From: Alphaproteobacteria bacterium 41-28
Lineage (GTDB): Bacteria; Pseudomonadota; Alphaproteobacteria; UBA9655
Reading direction: 5' to 3'
NCBI GenBank assembly: GCA_001897795.1
Contig: MKUL01000022.1
Coordinates: forward strand, 3,363-67,362
Length of the DNA: 64,000 nucleotides
Part shown: positions 1 to 8,265 of the stretch, in pieces
Numbering within the stretch: position 1 is the first letter of the stretch
How the letters are laid out: each line of letters opens with the position of its first letter
Notes under the pieces: model-generated
Seen by the model: only the letters and a program-made list of their open reading frames with translations
Database searches by the model: none
Told to the model about the DNA's origin: nothing
Position numbers and translations under genes: made by a program

Positions 1-1709
1 ACCGTATTAAATTCAAGTCCTTTCGCGCTGTGAAGAGTCATAAGGTTTACCATCTCAACACTTGTGCCACTGGTGTTTTCCATGACAAGACTTACATGTT
101 CTAAAAAGGCTGGTAAACTTTCAAACTCATCGATTGCGTTCACAAATTCTTTGAGGTTTTCAAGACGTCCCGGTGCTTCAGGAGATTTATCCGCCTGCCA
201 CATGGCTGTGTATCCTGACTCATCCAAGATAATCCGTGCAAGTTCCCCGTGGGGGGTTGTCTCTAATTGCTTGCGCCAGCGGCTGATATCAAACAAAAGC
301 CCTTCCAGGGCTGCTTTTGCTTTCCCACGCAATTCATCTGTGTCCATTAATCGCAGGGTGGCTTCCGTCAGGGGGATCTCTTCATAGCGGGCATATTGAT
401 GAAGGATTTGAAGCGTACTTGTGCCAATCCCGCGCTTAGGGGTATTCATGATACGTTCAAACGCTAAGCTATCACTGGGTTGAATGACGATGCGCATGTA
501 GGCGAGCGCATCTCGTATCTCAAGGCGTTCATAAAAGCGAGGGCCACCAATGACGCGGTAAGGAACCCCAAGGGTAATAAAACGTTCTTCAAACTCACGG
601 GTTTGAAACCCAGCTCGTACAAGGATTGCCATGGAATTTAGGGACTGGCCTTTTCGGTGAAGCGCTTCGACTTCATCTCCTACGAAACGCGCTTCCTCTT
701 CACCATCCCAGACGCCTTGAATACGAACTTTCTCTCCCCCCGTCTGTTCGGTCCAGAGGGTTTTCCCAAAACGACCCGCATTTTGCGCAATAAGCCCAGA
801 GGCGGCGCCCAAAATATGTGCATTAGAGCGATAGTTTTGCTCAAGACGAATAATAATGGCTCCCGGAAAATCCTTTTCAAAGCGCAGGATGTTACCCACT
901 TCTGCGCCGCGCCACCCATAGATGGATTGATCATCGTCTCCTACGCAACAAATATTCCCTGATCCTTGAGCAAGAAGACGCAACCAAAGATATTGAGCCA
1001 CGTTCGTGTCTTGATACTCATCCACAAGTATATAGTGAAATTGAGTCGTGTATTGCGCAAGAACATCGGAATGTTCTGTAAATAATTTTAAACACAACAA
1101 AATTAGGTCCCCAAAGTCAACGGCGTTCAAAACTTTGAGACGATCTTGGTAAAGGCCATAAATGTGATACGCTGCTTTTTCAAAATCTGAGGCAGGAGTT
1201 GAAACTTTTTCTGGTGTGAGTGCGCGATCTTTCCAACGACTGATAATGGATGTCAAAACCCGCGGAGGGTATTTTTTCTCATCAATTTCTTCGGCTTTGA
1301 TGATTTGTTTGACGAGGCGCAATTGGTCATCCGTATCTAAAATTGTGAACGAACTTTGGAGACCTAAAAGTTCCGCATGACGTCTTAAGATGCGTACACA
1401 AACAGAATGGAAAGTTCCCAACCATAATCCTTCAGCAGGACCCCCAATGAGATTTGCCACGCGTTCGCGCATTTCATGGGCGGCTTTGTTGGTGAATGTT
1501 ACCGCTAAAACTTGGGAAGGCCAGGCCCTTTGGCTTAAAAGAATGCCCGCAAGACGTGTGGTGAGAACACGCGTTTTTCCTGTGCCTGCGCCTGCCAATA
1601 CCAATAGTGGCCCTTCAGTTACCTCAATTGCTTGTCGTTGAGCAGGATTTAAAGAGCTTACTTGCTCTAAAAATACAGGATTCGTGATCTCTTGGCCCTC
1701 AAAGGACAT
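1..1709 (-). CDS. uvrD: UvrD/PcrA-family DNA helicase II, N-terminal ~569 codons; the C-terminus lies beyond the window start
   Basis: Own minus-strand translation from the ATG (complement of 1707-1709): MSFEGQEITNPVFLEQVSSLNPAQRQAIEVTEGPLLVLAGAGTGKTRVLT... It carries Walker A AGAGTGKT, DEYQDTN and QNYRS. The frame is open to position 1. It is missing from the ORF track only because it runs off the edge. Confidence 0.9.
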   Translation of the reverse strand, partial: MSFEGQEITNPVFLEQVSSLNPAQRQAIEVTEGPLLVLAGAGTGKTRVLTTRLAGILLSQRAWPSQVLAVTFTNKAAHEMRERVANLIGGPAEGLWLGTFHSVCVRILRRHAELLGLQSSFTILDTDDQLRLVKQIIKAEEIDEKKYPPRVLTSIISRWKDRALTPEKVSTPASDFEKAAYHIYGLYQDRLKVLNAVDFGDLILLCLKLFTEHSDVLAQYTTQFHYILVDEYQDTNVAQYLWLRLLAQGSGNICCVGDDDQSIYGWRGAEVGNILRFEKDFPGAIIIRLEQNYRSNAHILGAASGLIAQNAGRFGKTLWTEQTGGEKVRIQGVWDGEEEARFVGDEVEALHRKGQSLNSMAILVRAGFQTREFEERFITLGVPYRVIGGPRFYERLEIRDALAYMRIVIQPSDSLAFERIMNTPKRGIGTSTLQILHQYARYEEIPLTEATLRLMDTDELRGKAKAALEGLLFDISRWRKQLETTPHGELARIILDESGYTAMWQADKSPEAPGRLENLKEFVNAIDEFESLPAFLEHVSLVMENTSGTSVEMVNLMTLHSAKGLEFNT

Positions 1710-1774
1710 ATTTTTCTGCTGCACGAGTGACATCTTCAGGCTTATACCATGGTCTTTGAAGAGGGGGAAGGGGA

Positions 1775-2914
1775 CTATCCAATATAGGTTTCAAGACCAC
1801 ATACTTCTATTTTTTCCGTAAGAGGAAAGCGGGTGGAGCCGGGCACAATGACCGTAAGTTTATCAAGCTTTAAATCTTCAAGAGCAATTTGCATGGATTT
1901 GGTGATCTTGGGATGATCCGTATATTTAATTTCAAAACCTAATTTTTCTCCACCTTTTACGATCAACAAATCAAGTTCTGCTCCTGTTTGAGTGGCCCAA
2001 AAATAACAGTCTTGAGGGTCAGCTTGATGAAATCGCGCAACTTCTTCTAACGCAAATCCTTCAAAGGATAAACCTAATTTGGGATGATGGAAAAGGTCTT
2101 CTTCTGTTTTAATTCCCAAAAGGGTGTGGAAAAGGCCACTATCCCGAAAAAAGACCTTCGGAGATTTTACCTGACGTTTCCCAATGTTTTCAAACCAGGG
2201 ATTGAGTTGTCTCATCATATAGGTTCCTTCAAGGATATCGAGATAATGACGAGCCGTTTTGTGGGTAATTCCTAAAGAAACACCGACTTCAGAAGCGTTG
2301 AAAATTCCTCCATGATAGTGAGTCAACATCATCCAAAATCGTCGAATCATTTGGGGAGAGACTTCAAATCCAAGTTGAGGAATATCTTTTTCGAGATATG
2401 TCGAAATAAATCCAGTACGCCACCGATTGCTAACTTTATAATTAGGTGCCAGATAGGATCGCGGATATCCCCCTCGTTCCCATAAGCGTCGCCAATCATG
2501 AACTTCCTGTAGGGAAAAAGGAGTCATTTCAATGTATGAAATGCGTCCTGCAAGGGTCTCTGAGGTTTGCCGAATGAGATCAGGCGAGGCGCTCCCTAAA
2601 ATCAGAAATCGAAGAGGTAATTTATCTACAAGAACGCGGAGAAGTGGAAATAGATCCGGACGTAACTGAACCTCATCAATGATAATAAGTCCCTCTAATC
2701 TTTCTAGAGTAAGCTTTGCATTGACGAGTTGAGAGAGATCTCCCGGATCTTCTAGATCGAAGATATGCACAGGTCCCTTTACTTGCTCTGCATAGAGTCG
2801 CGAAAGAGTTGTTTTTCCACATTGACGTGGCCCTAGAAGAGCACATATAGGGGTGGCTTCAAAATCCTCTTGAATTCTTTTGATAAAATCTTTGCGAAGA
2901 ATGAGTTTTGTCAT
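1775..2914 (-). CDS. AAA+ ATPase with a DUF4143-like C-terminal domain (COG1373-type)
   Basis: Walker A GPRQCGKTT and Walker B IIIDEVQ, with a C-terminal region typical of DUF4143 ATPases. The ATG at 2914 (MTKLILRK) is preferred over the track's TTG at 2929. Confidence 0.8.
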   Translation of the reverse strand: MTKLILRKDFIKRIQEDFEATPICALLGPRQCGKTTLSRLYAEQVKGPVHIFDLEDPGDLSQLVNAKLTLERLEGLIIIDEVQLRPDLFPLLRVLVDKLPLRFLILGSASPDLIRQTSETLAGRISYIEMTPFSLQEVHDWRRLWERGGYPRSYLAPNYKVSNRWRTGFISTYLEKDIPQLGFEVSPQMIRRFWMMLTHYHGGIFNASEVGVSLGITHKTARHYLDILEGTYMMRQLNPWFENIGKRQVKSPKVFFRDSGLFHTLLGIKTEEDLFHHPKLGLSFEGFALEEVARFHQADPQDCYFWATQTGAELDLLIVKGGEKLGFEIKYTDHPKITKSMQIALEDLKLDKLTVIVPGSTRFPLTEKIEVCGLETYIG

Positions 2915-2920
2915 AAGTTG

Positions 2921-3024
2921 ACCCTGCAATTTGGGAGCTCATCTCCCAATTTACAGGGTAAAAATTCTAAAATCAAGGCCATTTTACCCTGCAATTTGGG
3001 AGATGATCTCCCAATTTACAGGAT
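2921..3024. repeat. Two direct copies (2921-2960, 2986-3024) of a ~40-bp imperfect palindrome in the divergent ATPase/sodB intergenic region; candidate operator pair
   Basis: Read directly: accctgcaatttgggag-ctcat-ctcccaatttacagggt and accctgcaatttgggag-atgat-ctcccaatttacagga. Both copies keep the same two arm mismatches. Copy 1 starts 7 nt upstream of the ATPase ATG. Confidence 0.8.
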
Positions 3025-3106
3025 AAAATTCGTCATGATAGTCCCTTCCCAAATCTTTAAAAACACACTAAGCTCTTAAAAAAACACATTAAGAAGGAGC
3101 ATCACA

Positions 3107-3718
3107 ATGGCTTTTGAATTACCACCACTTCCTTATAAAGAAGATGCCCTTGAACCCCACATTTCGGCACGAACTCTAAGCTTTCACCATGGAAAACACC
3201 ATAAGGCCTACGTGACAAAGTTAAATGAGCTTATTCAAGGAACAGATCTTGAAAAGAAATCCTTAGAGGAAATCATTCGTATCTCAGTGAATAACGCTGA
3301 CAAGGTAGCTATTTTTAACAATGCGGCTCAAGACTGGAATCATACCTTTTATTGGCATTCCATGCGTCCTCAGGGAGGGGGAGAACCTAAGGGAAATTTA
3401 GCTGAAAAAATCACCAAAGACTTTGGAAGCTTTGGTGAATTTGCAGAGCTTTTCAAGCAAGCCGGTGTCGGCCAATTTGGCAGCGGTTGGGCATGGCTTG
3501 TATTGGATAAAGATGGAAATTTAAAGGTTACGAAAACGCCGAACGCTGATCTTCCTATGGTTCACGGTCAGAAGGCCCTTCTCACTTGTGATGTATGGGA
3601 GCATGCTTACTACCTCGATTATCAAAATCGTCGTCCCGATTATATTAGTATCTTTCTCAAAAACCTTGCTAATTGGGACTTTGCTCAAAAGAATTTTGAG
3701 AAAGGGATGAAAGCCTAA
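3107..3718 (+). CDS. sodB: Fe/Mn superoxide dismutase
   Basis: MAFELPPLPY..LEPHISARTLSFHHGKHH, WNHTFYW and DVWEHAYYLDYQNRRPDY are canonical Fe/Mn-SOD motifs. AAGGAG RBS upstream. Confidence 0.95.
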   Translation: MAFELPPLPYKEDALEPHISARTLSFHHGKHHKAYVTKLNELIQGTDLEKKSLEEIIRISVNNADKVAIFNNAAQDWNHTFYWHSMRPQGGGEPKGNLAEKITKDFGSFGEFAELFKQAGVGQFGSGWAWLVLDKDGNLKVTKTPNADLPMVHGQKALLTCDVWEHAYYLDYQNRRPDYISIFLKNLANWDFAQKNFEKGMKA

Positions 3719-3768
3719 TACTTTTTTATTGACGGAAGAGGCCGTGTCAGTATGATGCGTTTTGCGAG

Positions 3769-3852
3769 GCCCCTGTGGCGGAATTGGTAGACGCGGCAGA
3801 CTCAAAATCTGTTGTCTTTGACGTGGGAGTTCGAGTCTCCCCGGGGGCACCA
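3769..3852 (+). tRNA. tRNA-Leu (anticodon CAA), class II with a long variable arm and an encoded CCA
   Basis: Manual cloverleaf. Acceptor GCCCCTG pairs with CGGGGGC. The anticodon loop is CTCAAAA, the T-arm is GGGAG-TTCGAGT-CTCCC, and the 3' end is CCA. Confidence 0.9.
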
Positions 3853-4111
3853 GCCTTCGCTGCTTCAAAATAAGTCAAAGCGCAAAATCAAAGCGCACCA
3901 TATCTTAAAATATTTTAAACCGGATTTTCAGTAGAGATACTCAATTTTAGAAGGAAAGAGCTATTTCTATCGATAGATTAATCAAATATTTAATTAAGAT
4001 ATTTTTTTAATCCTTTAAAATTAAAAAATCATTAAACTTTTCCAAAATGAAATTTTTAGCGAACATACAAGCAGGCAACCATATAACCAGCCTCAAACGA
4101 AAGGAAAGAAA

Positions 4112-4501
4112 ATGAAATTGGAGAAAACACCGAAAAATCTATTTTTATTATCTCTTGCGGGAGCGGCGTTTTTTACACTCAGCGAAGCCAATGCGGGGGT
4201 CGTAAAAATCATTAATAACAGCGATGACAACATTATGGTGAATGTTATTCCTGGTGTCGAGGGGATTCCCTACTGCTGGAAGTGCTTTGATAGTTGTCTT
4301 AATTCCTGTGGAAAAAGCACTGCTAAAATCGTTGTTCCTGTCGCGGCCTTTGGAGGGTGCGAATACTTCTCAGTTATCGATATATCAAACGGAATTCTGG
4401 GGAGTGGGAAATGTAAGAACCTAAGTGTTTTTAAAAACTACGAAGTTTCTTTTTACTCCACGACTTTTGGAACCAATTGTGCGATCAAAGAAATTTTATA
4501 G
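4112..4501 (+). CDS. Small secreted cysteine-rich protein, unknown function
   Basis: GGAAAG RBS, an N-terminal signal peptide (LLSLAGAAFFTLSEANA) and 8 Cys in the mature part. No recognisable family. Confidence 0.6.
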   Translation: MKLEKTPKNLFLLSLAGAAFFTLSEANAGVVKIINNSDDNIMVNVIPGVEGIPYCWKCFDSCLNSCGKSTAKIVVPVAAFGGCEYFSVIDISNGILGSGKCKNLSVFKNYEVSFYSTTFGTNCAIKEIL

Positions 4502-4522
4502 GTAATAAAATAAAGGAAAACT

Positions 4523-4711
4523 ATGAAAAAATTTGAGAGAGAAATAAATAGAGCATTTAAAAAGAATACTTTCTTAATAGCAATGGCTTTTCCGTACCTT
4601 TTAGGGGGATGCAATACAATGGAAGGCGTAGGAACGGATATACAAAAAGCTGGTAAAGCATTAGAGGAATCTGCAGAAAGAAACAAACAAAGCTGTCCTT
4701 CATGCCCCTAA
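4523..4711 (+). CDS. Entericidin (EcnA/B)-like small lipoprotein
   Basis: Lipobox LLGGC followed by NTMEGVGTDIQKAGKALE. This matches the entericidin pattern C-N-T-x-x-G-x-G-x-D-I. Confidence 0.6.
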   Translation: MKKFEREINRAFKKNTFLIAMAFPYLLGGCNTMEGVGTDIQKAGKALEESAERNKQSCPSCP

Positions 4712-4792
4712 TGTTTGAAATCGGGCTCGTATAAGCCCTAAACTAAGCTTTATAGAAAATTATGTTTAAATATTTAAATAAGGAGATAGCTC

Positions 4793-5236
4793 ATGAGTAC
4801 AAAAGAAAACTATATTAAGCAAGCTGAAAAGCAGATGGAAAAATATAGAGATAAGATTTCTAAAATTGATGATCTCTTGAAAAATAAAAAAGAAAGTGGC
4901 GAGTCTGAGTTATTGGCACATAGAGAAAATTTAAAAGATAAGTTTGATCAAGCCGAGAAGATGCTTAAGAAAATTAAGTCTGGATCGGAAGAAAACTATG
5001 AGAAAATAAAAGAAAATGCTACTGAGATCTTTGAGAGTCTCAAAGAAGCCTTTCATGAATTCTCAAGTTTTCTTTCCATGGAACAACTTTCTCGCACAAA
5101 GGATGTAGTGATAGATTATGGCAATGAGAAGCTTGATGAATTTCAAAGTTTTGTTAAAGAGCGTCCCCTGACGATTGCCGCATGGGCAATGGGCATTGGG
5201 TTTATCATTGGCACTTTATTTACACGATCAAAGTGA
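4793..5236 (+). CDS. DUF883 / ElaB-YqjD-like membrane-anchored stress protein
   Basis: Charged coiled-coil N-terminal part plus the C-terminal anchor RPLTIAAWAMGIGFIIGTLFTRSK, typical of ElaB/YqjD. GGAG RBS. Confidence 0.7.
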   Translation: MSTKENYIKQAEKQMEKYRDKISKIDDLLKNKKESGESELLAHRENLKDKFDQAEKMLKKIKSGSEENYEKIKENATEIFESLKEAFHEFSSFLSMEQLSRTKDVVIDYGNEKLDEFQSFVKERPLTIAAWAMGIGFIIGTLFTRSK

Positions 5237-5649
5237 TGAGGTCTCTTATGTTTATTCTTGATCTTCTTCTTAATGCTCGCGAATCGAGATCCGTTTTAGT
5301 AAGTAAGATTTTAGGATGCTTTTTCTTAATGCTAGCGGGGTCGGTTGGTGTGTTTTTTCTTTTTCAAGTTCTTGTCCCTATTGTGGGATATTTAGAAAGT
5401 GGAATCATAGCGTGCGGCTTATTGGGAGTTCTTGGAACAGGTTTTCTCTTGGTAGGCAAAAAAACGAAGGCTTCACCTCAAGAAGAATTAGCTGAAAAAG
5501 TTTTAAATTTTTTCAAGGGTTTTGACTTAGAGACATTCCTGAAGAATAATGCATTTGCAGTCTCCCTGCTTTCGTTTGGAGTAGGGATAATTTTATCTCG
5601 GTTCAAGAATATCAAAAGCCTTTCTAGAATTTATAAGATGCTGAAATAA
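5236..5649 (+). CDS. YqjE-like (holin-X/DUF1469-like) small membrane protein
   Basis: The ATG at 5236 overlaps the upstream TGA stop (ATGA coupling). Three hydrophobic segments. The position after a yqjD-like gene mirrors E. coli yqjD-yqjE. Confidence 0.45.
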   Translation: MRSLMFILDLLLNARESRSVLVSKILGCFFLMLAGSVGVFFLFQVLVPIVGYLESGIIACGLLGVLGTGFLLVGKKTKASPQEELAEKVLNFFKGFDLETFLKNNAFAVSLLSFGVGIILSRFKNIKSLSRIYKMLK

Positions 5650-5713
5650 AAAGATTTTGTCTCCATAGAGGAAAGAAGACATATTTTCTCCTAACTAACG
5701 AATAGAGGGAATC

Positions 5714-5938
5714 ATGACAGTTACAAAAGAAAGAAAGGGTAAGAACACTTCTAAAAATTTGCAAATGAAGGAGAAAGAACAAACCTTTGAGGAAAGAAAA
5801 CGGGCAGCTTATTCAGCAATGGGCAAACTAGGGGGGCTTGCACGGGCAAAACAAATGGCTGAAAAGGGGTTTTCAAAGGCCGATGAATTTAAAGTCCCTT
5901 CTAAAAAAGATCTTAAGCCAAAGGGTAAGAAAAAATAA
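5714..5938 (+). CDS. Small lysine-rich protein, weakly KGG stress-motif-like
   Basis: EERKRAAYSAMGKLGGLARAK resembles one KGG-type repeat. GAGGGA RBS. The function is uncertain. Confidence 0.4.
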   Translation: MTVTKERKGKNTSKNLQMKEKEQTFEERKRAAYSAMGKLGGLARAKQMAEKGFSKADEFKVPSKKDLKPKGKKK

Positions 5939-6031
5939 AAACAACTAGCACCTAAATTACAAATTATAATACTTTTTCAGCAGCCTCCTGATAATTTGGA
6001 ATAAGATCAGTTTACATACCCTTTTCATGTT

Positions 6032-6880
6032 TTGAGAGATAACGTATTTAACTGCAGATCTATGTTATTGAGTAGCCATTCTAAAGTAAAAGAGTCTTGC
6101 AATCTCAGGGGAAATGTTAAAAACTTAGAAATGCGTAAGGAATTTTGTATTATCTTATCCGGCATTGGACGTAATCTCAGGCTGCTCCTGAATGGGTTTA
6201 GGGATCATTTTAATTTAAAAAATAAAGAAATTAAATCAATAGTTAATACATTTCTCCTTGTTTTTCTTTTTACGATGATTTTAGAAATTATCACTCATTT
6301 ATCATATAATAAAAGTTCTTTTTATGAAGCCGTTCACCATATCCTTAAAGAAGAAGGAGGGCTTGCGAATGTTCGCGGTGACAAAGGAGGCATTACAAAT
6401 TATGGAATCTCTATCAATTACCTCAAAGCTCTTATTCGAAAAAATCCTTCTTTGATCAATGAATTTGATCTTGATCACTGCAAAAAAATAGATGCTTATG
6501 ATATTATACATATGAATCAAAAAGAGGCAGAATACATTTATAAGACTCAATGGTGGAATAAGTATGGTTATGGGAGAATCAATTATCAACCATTAGCAGA
6601 TAAGATTTTTGATATATCAGTGAATATGGGGCCTACGAAAGCTGCTTTACTTCTTGTTAAAGCATGTAAGGAAGTAAATAATGAGAAATTATACTTTAAG
6701 ACAAGTTCAAGATTAAACGGTCAAATTGTTGATTATATTAATTCCTTACCCGAAGAAGATAAAAAAGAAATAGTAAAAAGGTTAAAGGTATTATGCTTAC
6801 GACATTATTTTGAAATTGTTAAAAAAAATCCTTCTCAACGCAAGTTCTTACGCGGATGGATTCGAAGAGCAATGAGCTAG
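6032..6880 (+). CDS. Glycoside hydrolase family 108 (lysozyme-like) with a PG_binding_3-like tail and an N-terminal membrane anchor
   Basis: ILKEEGGLANVRGDKGGITNYGI matches the GH108 signature (EGG..D.GG.T.yGI). The C-terminal KFLRGWIRRA matches the PG-binding_3 end. TM segment IVNTFLLVFLFTMILEII. The true start may be the ATG at 6131 rather than the TTG at 6032. Confidence 0.75.
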   Translation: MRDNVFNCRSMLLSSHSKVKESCNLRGNVKNLEMRKEFCIILSGIGRNLRLLLNGFRDHFNLKNKEIKSIVNTFLLVFLFTMILEIITHLSYNKSSFYEAVHHILKEEGGLANVRGDKGGITNYGISINYLKALIRKNPSLINEFDLDHCKKIDAYDIIHMNQKEAEYIYKTQWWNKYGYGRINYQPLADKIFDISVNMGPTKAALLLVKACKEVNNEKLYFKTSSRLNGQIVDYINSLPEEDKKEIVKRLKVLCLRHYFEIVKKNPSQRKFLRGWIRRAMS

Positions 6881-6934
6881 CTCAAGCAACCCCAACTTTA
6901 GATAAAGGATTGTTTTATTTTAGCATAATTCACC

Positions 6935-6985
6935 TAAACCCCTCACTCGTCACTTCTCAATGATTTACCAGGTGAGGGGACTCCC
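6935..6985. repeat. Internally deleted (~50 bp) copy of the 125-bp palindromic element found at 48554 and 51141
   Basis: ctaaacccctcactcgtcactt....ccaggtgaggggactc shares both termini with the long copies (ttaaacccctcacccgccactt ... gggtgagggggactc). Confidence 0.65.
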
Positions 6986-7353
6986 AAGCTCTTTAATAAA
7001 AGACCAATGAGGCACGTTAAATTTTATAGGAAGCCTATAAAATGCAGAGATTATATGAGTAAAAGAAATTTCATCGGAAAAAATTTCCAAGAAATTTCGC
7101 GAAAGGCAGAAAAAAATATTGGAGAAGAAAAAGGAAGATGTTATTTTAATGAGGGGAGTTTTTGAAAGAGAGAATGTATTGTACCCCTATTTTAATTGTG
7201 TGAAGCTTTTTCGACAAAATTTATTGATTATTCACAATTTTTTAACCCAAAATAATTTAAAATCTTGGTTTGCTTCTGTATGCTTTCCATTTCTTTCCTC
7301 TCGCCATGCTGTATCTTGGAGTCGGAAGGGAAAGCGCTTTAAGGGCTCTTATC

Positions 7354-8265
7354 ATGGATTTTAATGATCTTTATATTCTCATCTCTCTTTCCAAAACAAA
7401 GTCCCTGACAAAAACGTCAGAAGAGTTTGAGATGAAAGTTCCTTCTGTCAGCAAAAGGCTTGAGAAACTTGAACTAGCTTTTGGTCAAAAAATTTATTAC
7501 CGGAAATCAAAAGGAATTGAGTTTACACGAGCAGGGGAGGAGCTCATTGAACTTTATTCTGAAATTCTTCAAAAGGTTGAGTTTCTCCAGCAAAAGCTAA
7601 AGGGAGATATAGAAAAAAAAGAAACTCTAACTCTCTCAACAACCACAGCCATCCTTGTTACAACAATGGGCCAGTATATTAAAGCTTTTGTGGAGGAGTA
7701 CCCAAAGGTTGTTATGACTTTACTCGCTCACAATTCAGAAAGAGAACTTTCTCAATACAGCTCAGATATTATTGTTTGGACTTATTTGAAAGACAGGCGA
7801 GACCTTAAACAGGAGCTTCTTTATACCTATGAATTTGGGCTGTTTGCAAGCAAGTCATATCTTTCTAAGATGGGCGTTCCTTCGGATGGTTTTAAGACAG
7901 GTCAACACCGAATTCTTAAATTTGTGGAATTTAATACAACACCTTACGGGGGAGGCTCAAATGCTTTATTTGATTTTCTGCCATTTTCCTCCCAAGTTGA
8001 AACAGTTTATGTTAATGCAGGATTAACGATGTATAACATGATTAAGGAAGGGATTGGGATTGGTCCTGTTTGGACCAACCGTCCGGGGAGATTGAGCGAT
8101 AATTTGGTACGCCTATTCCCAGAGTTTACAACAAAAGTGGAAACTTATATTATGCATCGCAAAGATCTTCCTTCCTCTCACCCTGGAAGGCTTTTTGCTG
8201 AACACTTAAAAGTGTTTTTACTAAACCTAGATAAAGGTGCTTTAAATGAAAAAAATCCAACTTGA
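7354..8265 (+). CDS. LysR-family transcriptional regulator
   Basis: The N-terminal wHTH MDFNDLYILISLSKTKSLTKTSEEFEMKVPSVSKRLEKLELAFGQKIYYRKSKGIEFTRAGEEL is typical of LTTRs. The ATG at 7354 is preferred over the track start at 7270. Confidence 0.9.
   Translation: MDFNDLYILISLSKTKSLTKTSEEFEMKVPSVSKRLEKLELAFGQKIYYRKSKGIEFTRAGEELIELYSEILQKVEFLQQKLKGDIEKKETLTLSTTTAILVTTMGQYIKAFVEEYPKVVMTLLAHNSERELSQYSSDIIVWTYLKDRRDLKQELLYTYEFGLFASKSYLSKMGVPSDGFKTGQHRILKFVEFNTTPYGGGSNALFDFLPFSSQVETVYVNAGLTMYNMIKEGIGIGPVWTNRPGRLSDNLVRLFPEFTTKVETYIMHRKDLPSSHPGRLFAEHLKVFLLNLDKGALNEKNPT

Noticed and set aside
64-1641. Track ORFs 64..387, 657..962, 680..934 and 1390..1641
   Set aside because: They are antisense to, or out of frame within, the long uninterrupted uvrD frame on the minus strand. 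None has a recognisable motif.
2870-3079. 69-aa plus-strand ORF across the ATPase/sodB intergenic region; possible mini-CRISPR
   Set aside because: The ORF is just a translation of the two palindromic repeats (LQFGSSSPNLQGK / LPCNLGDDLPIYRIK). There are only two repeat copies, each is itself palindromic, and no cas genes are present. This is not a CRISPR array.
6032-6880. Prophage inferred from the GH108 lysozyme
   Set aside because: No capsid, tail, integrase or holin genes are adjacent. A single lysin-like gene is not evidence for a prophage.
7119-7364. 81-aa TTG-start ORF upstream of, and overlapping, the LysR gene start; also a 37-codon ORF at 7056
   Set aside because: They show no motif or RBS support. 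The region more likely holds the LysR promoter, including an ATTG-N8-CAAT inverted repeat near 7225-7240.
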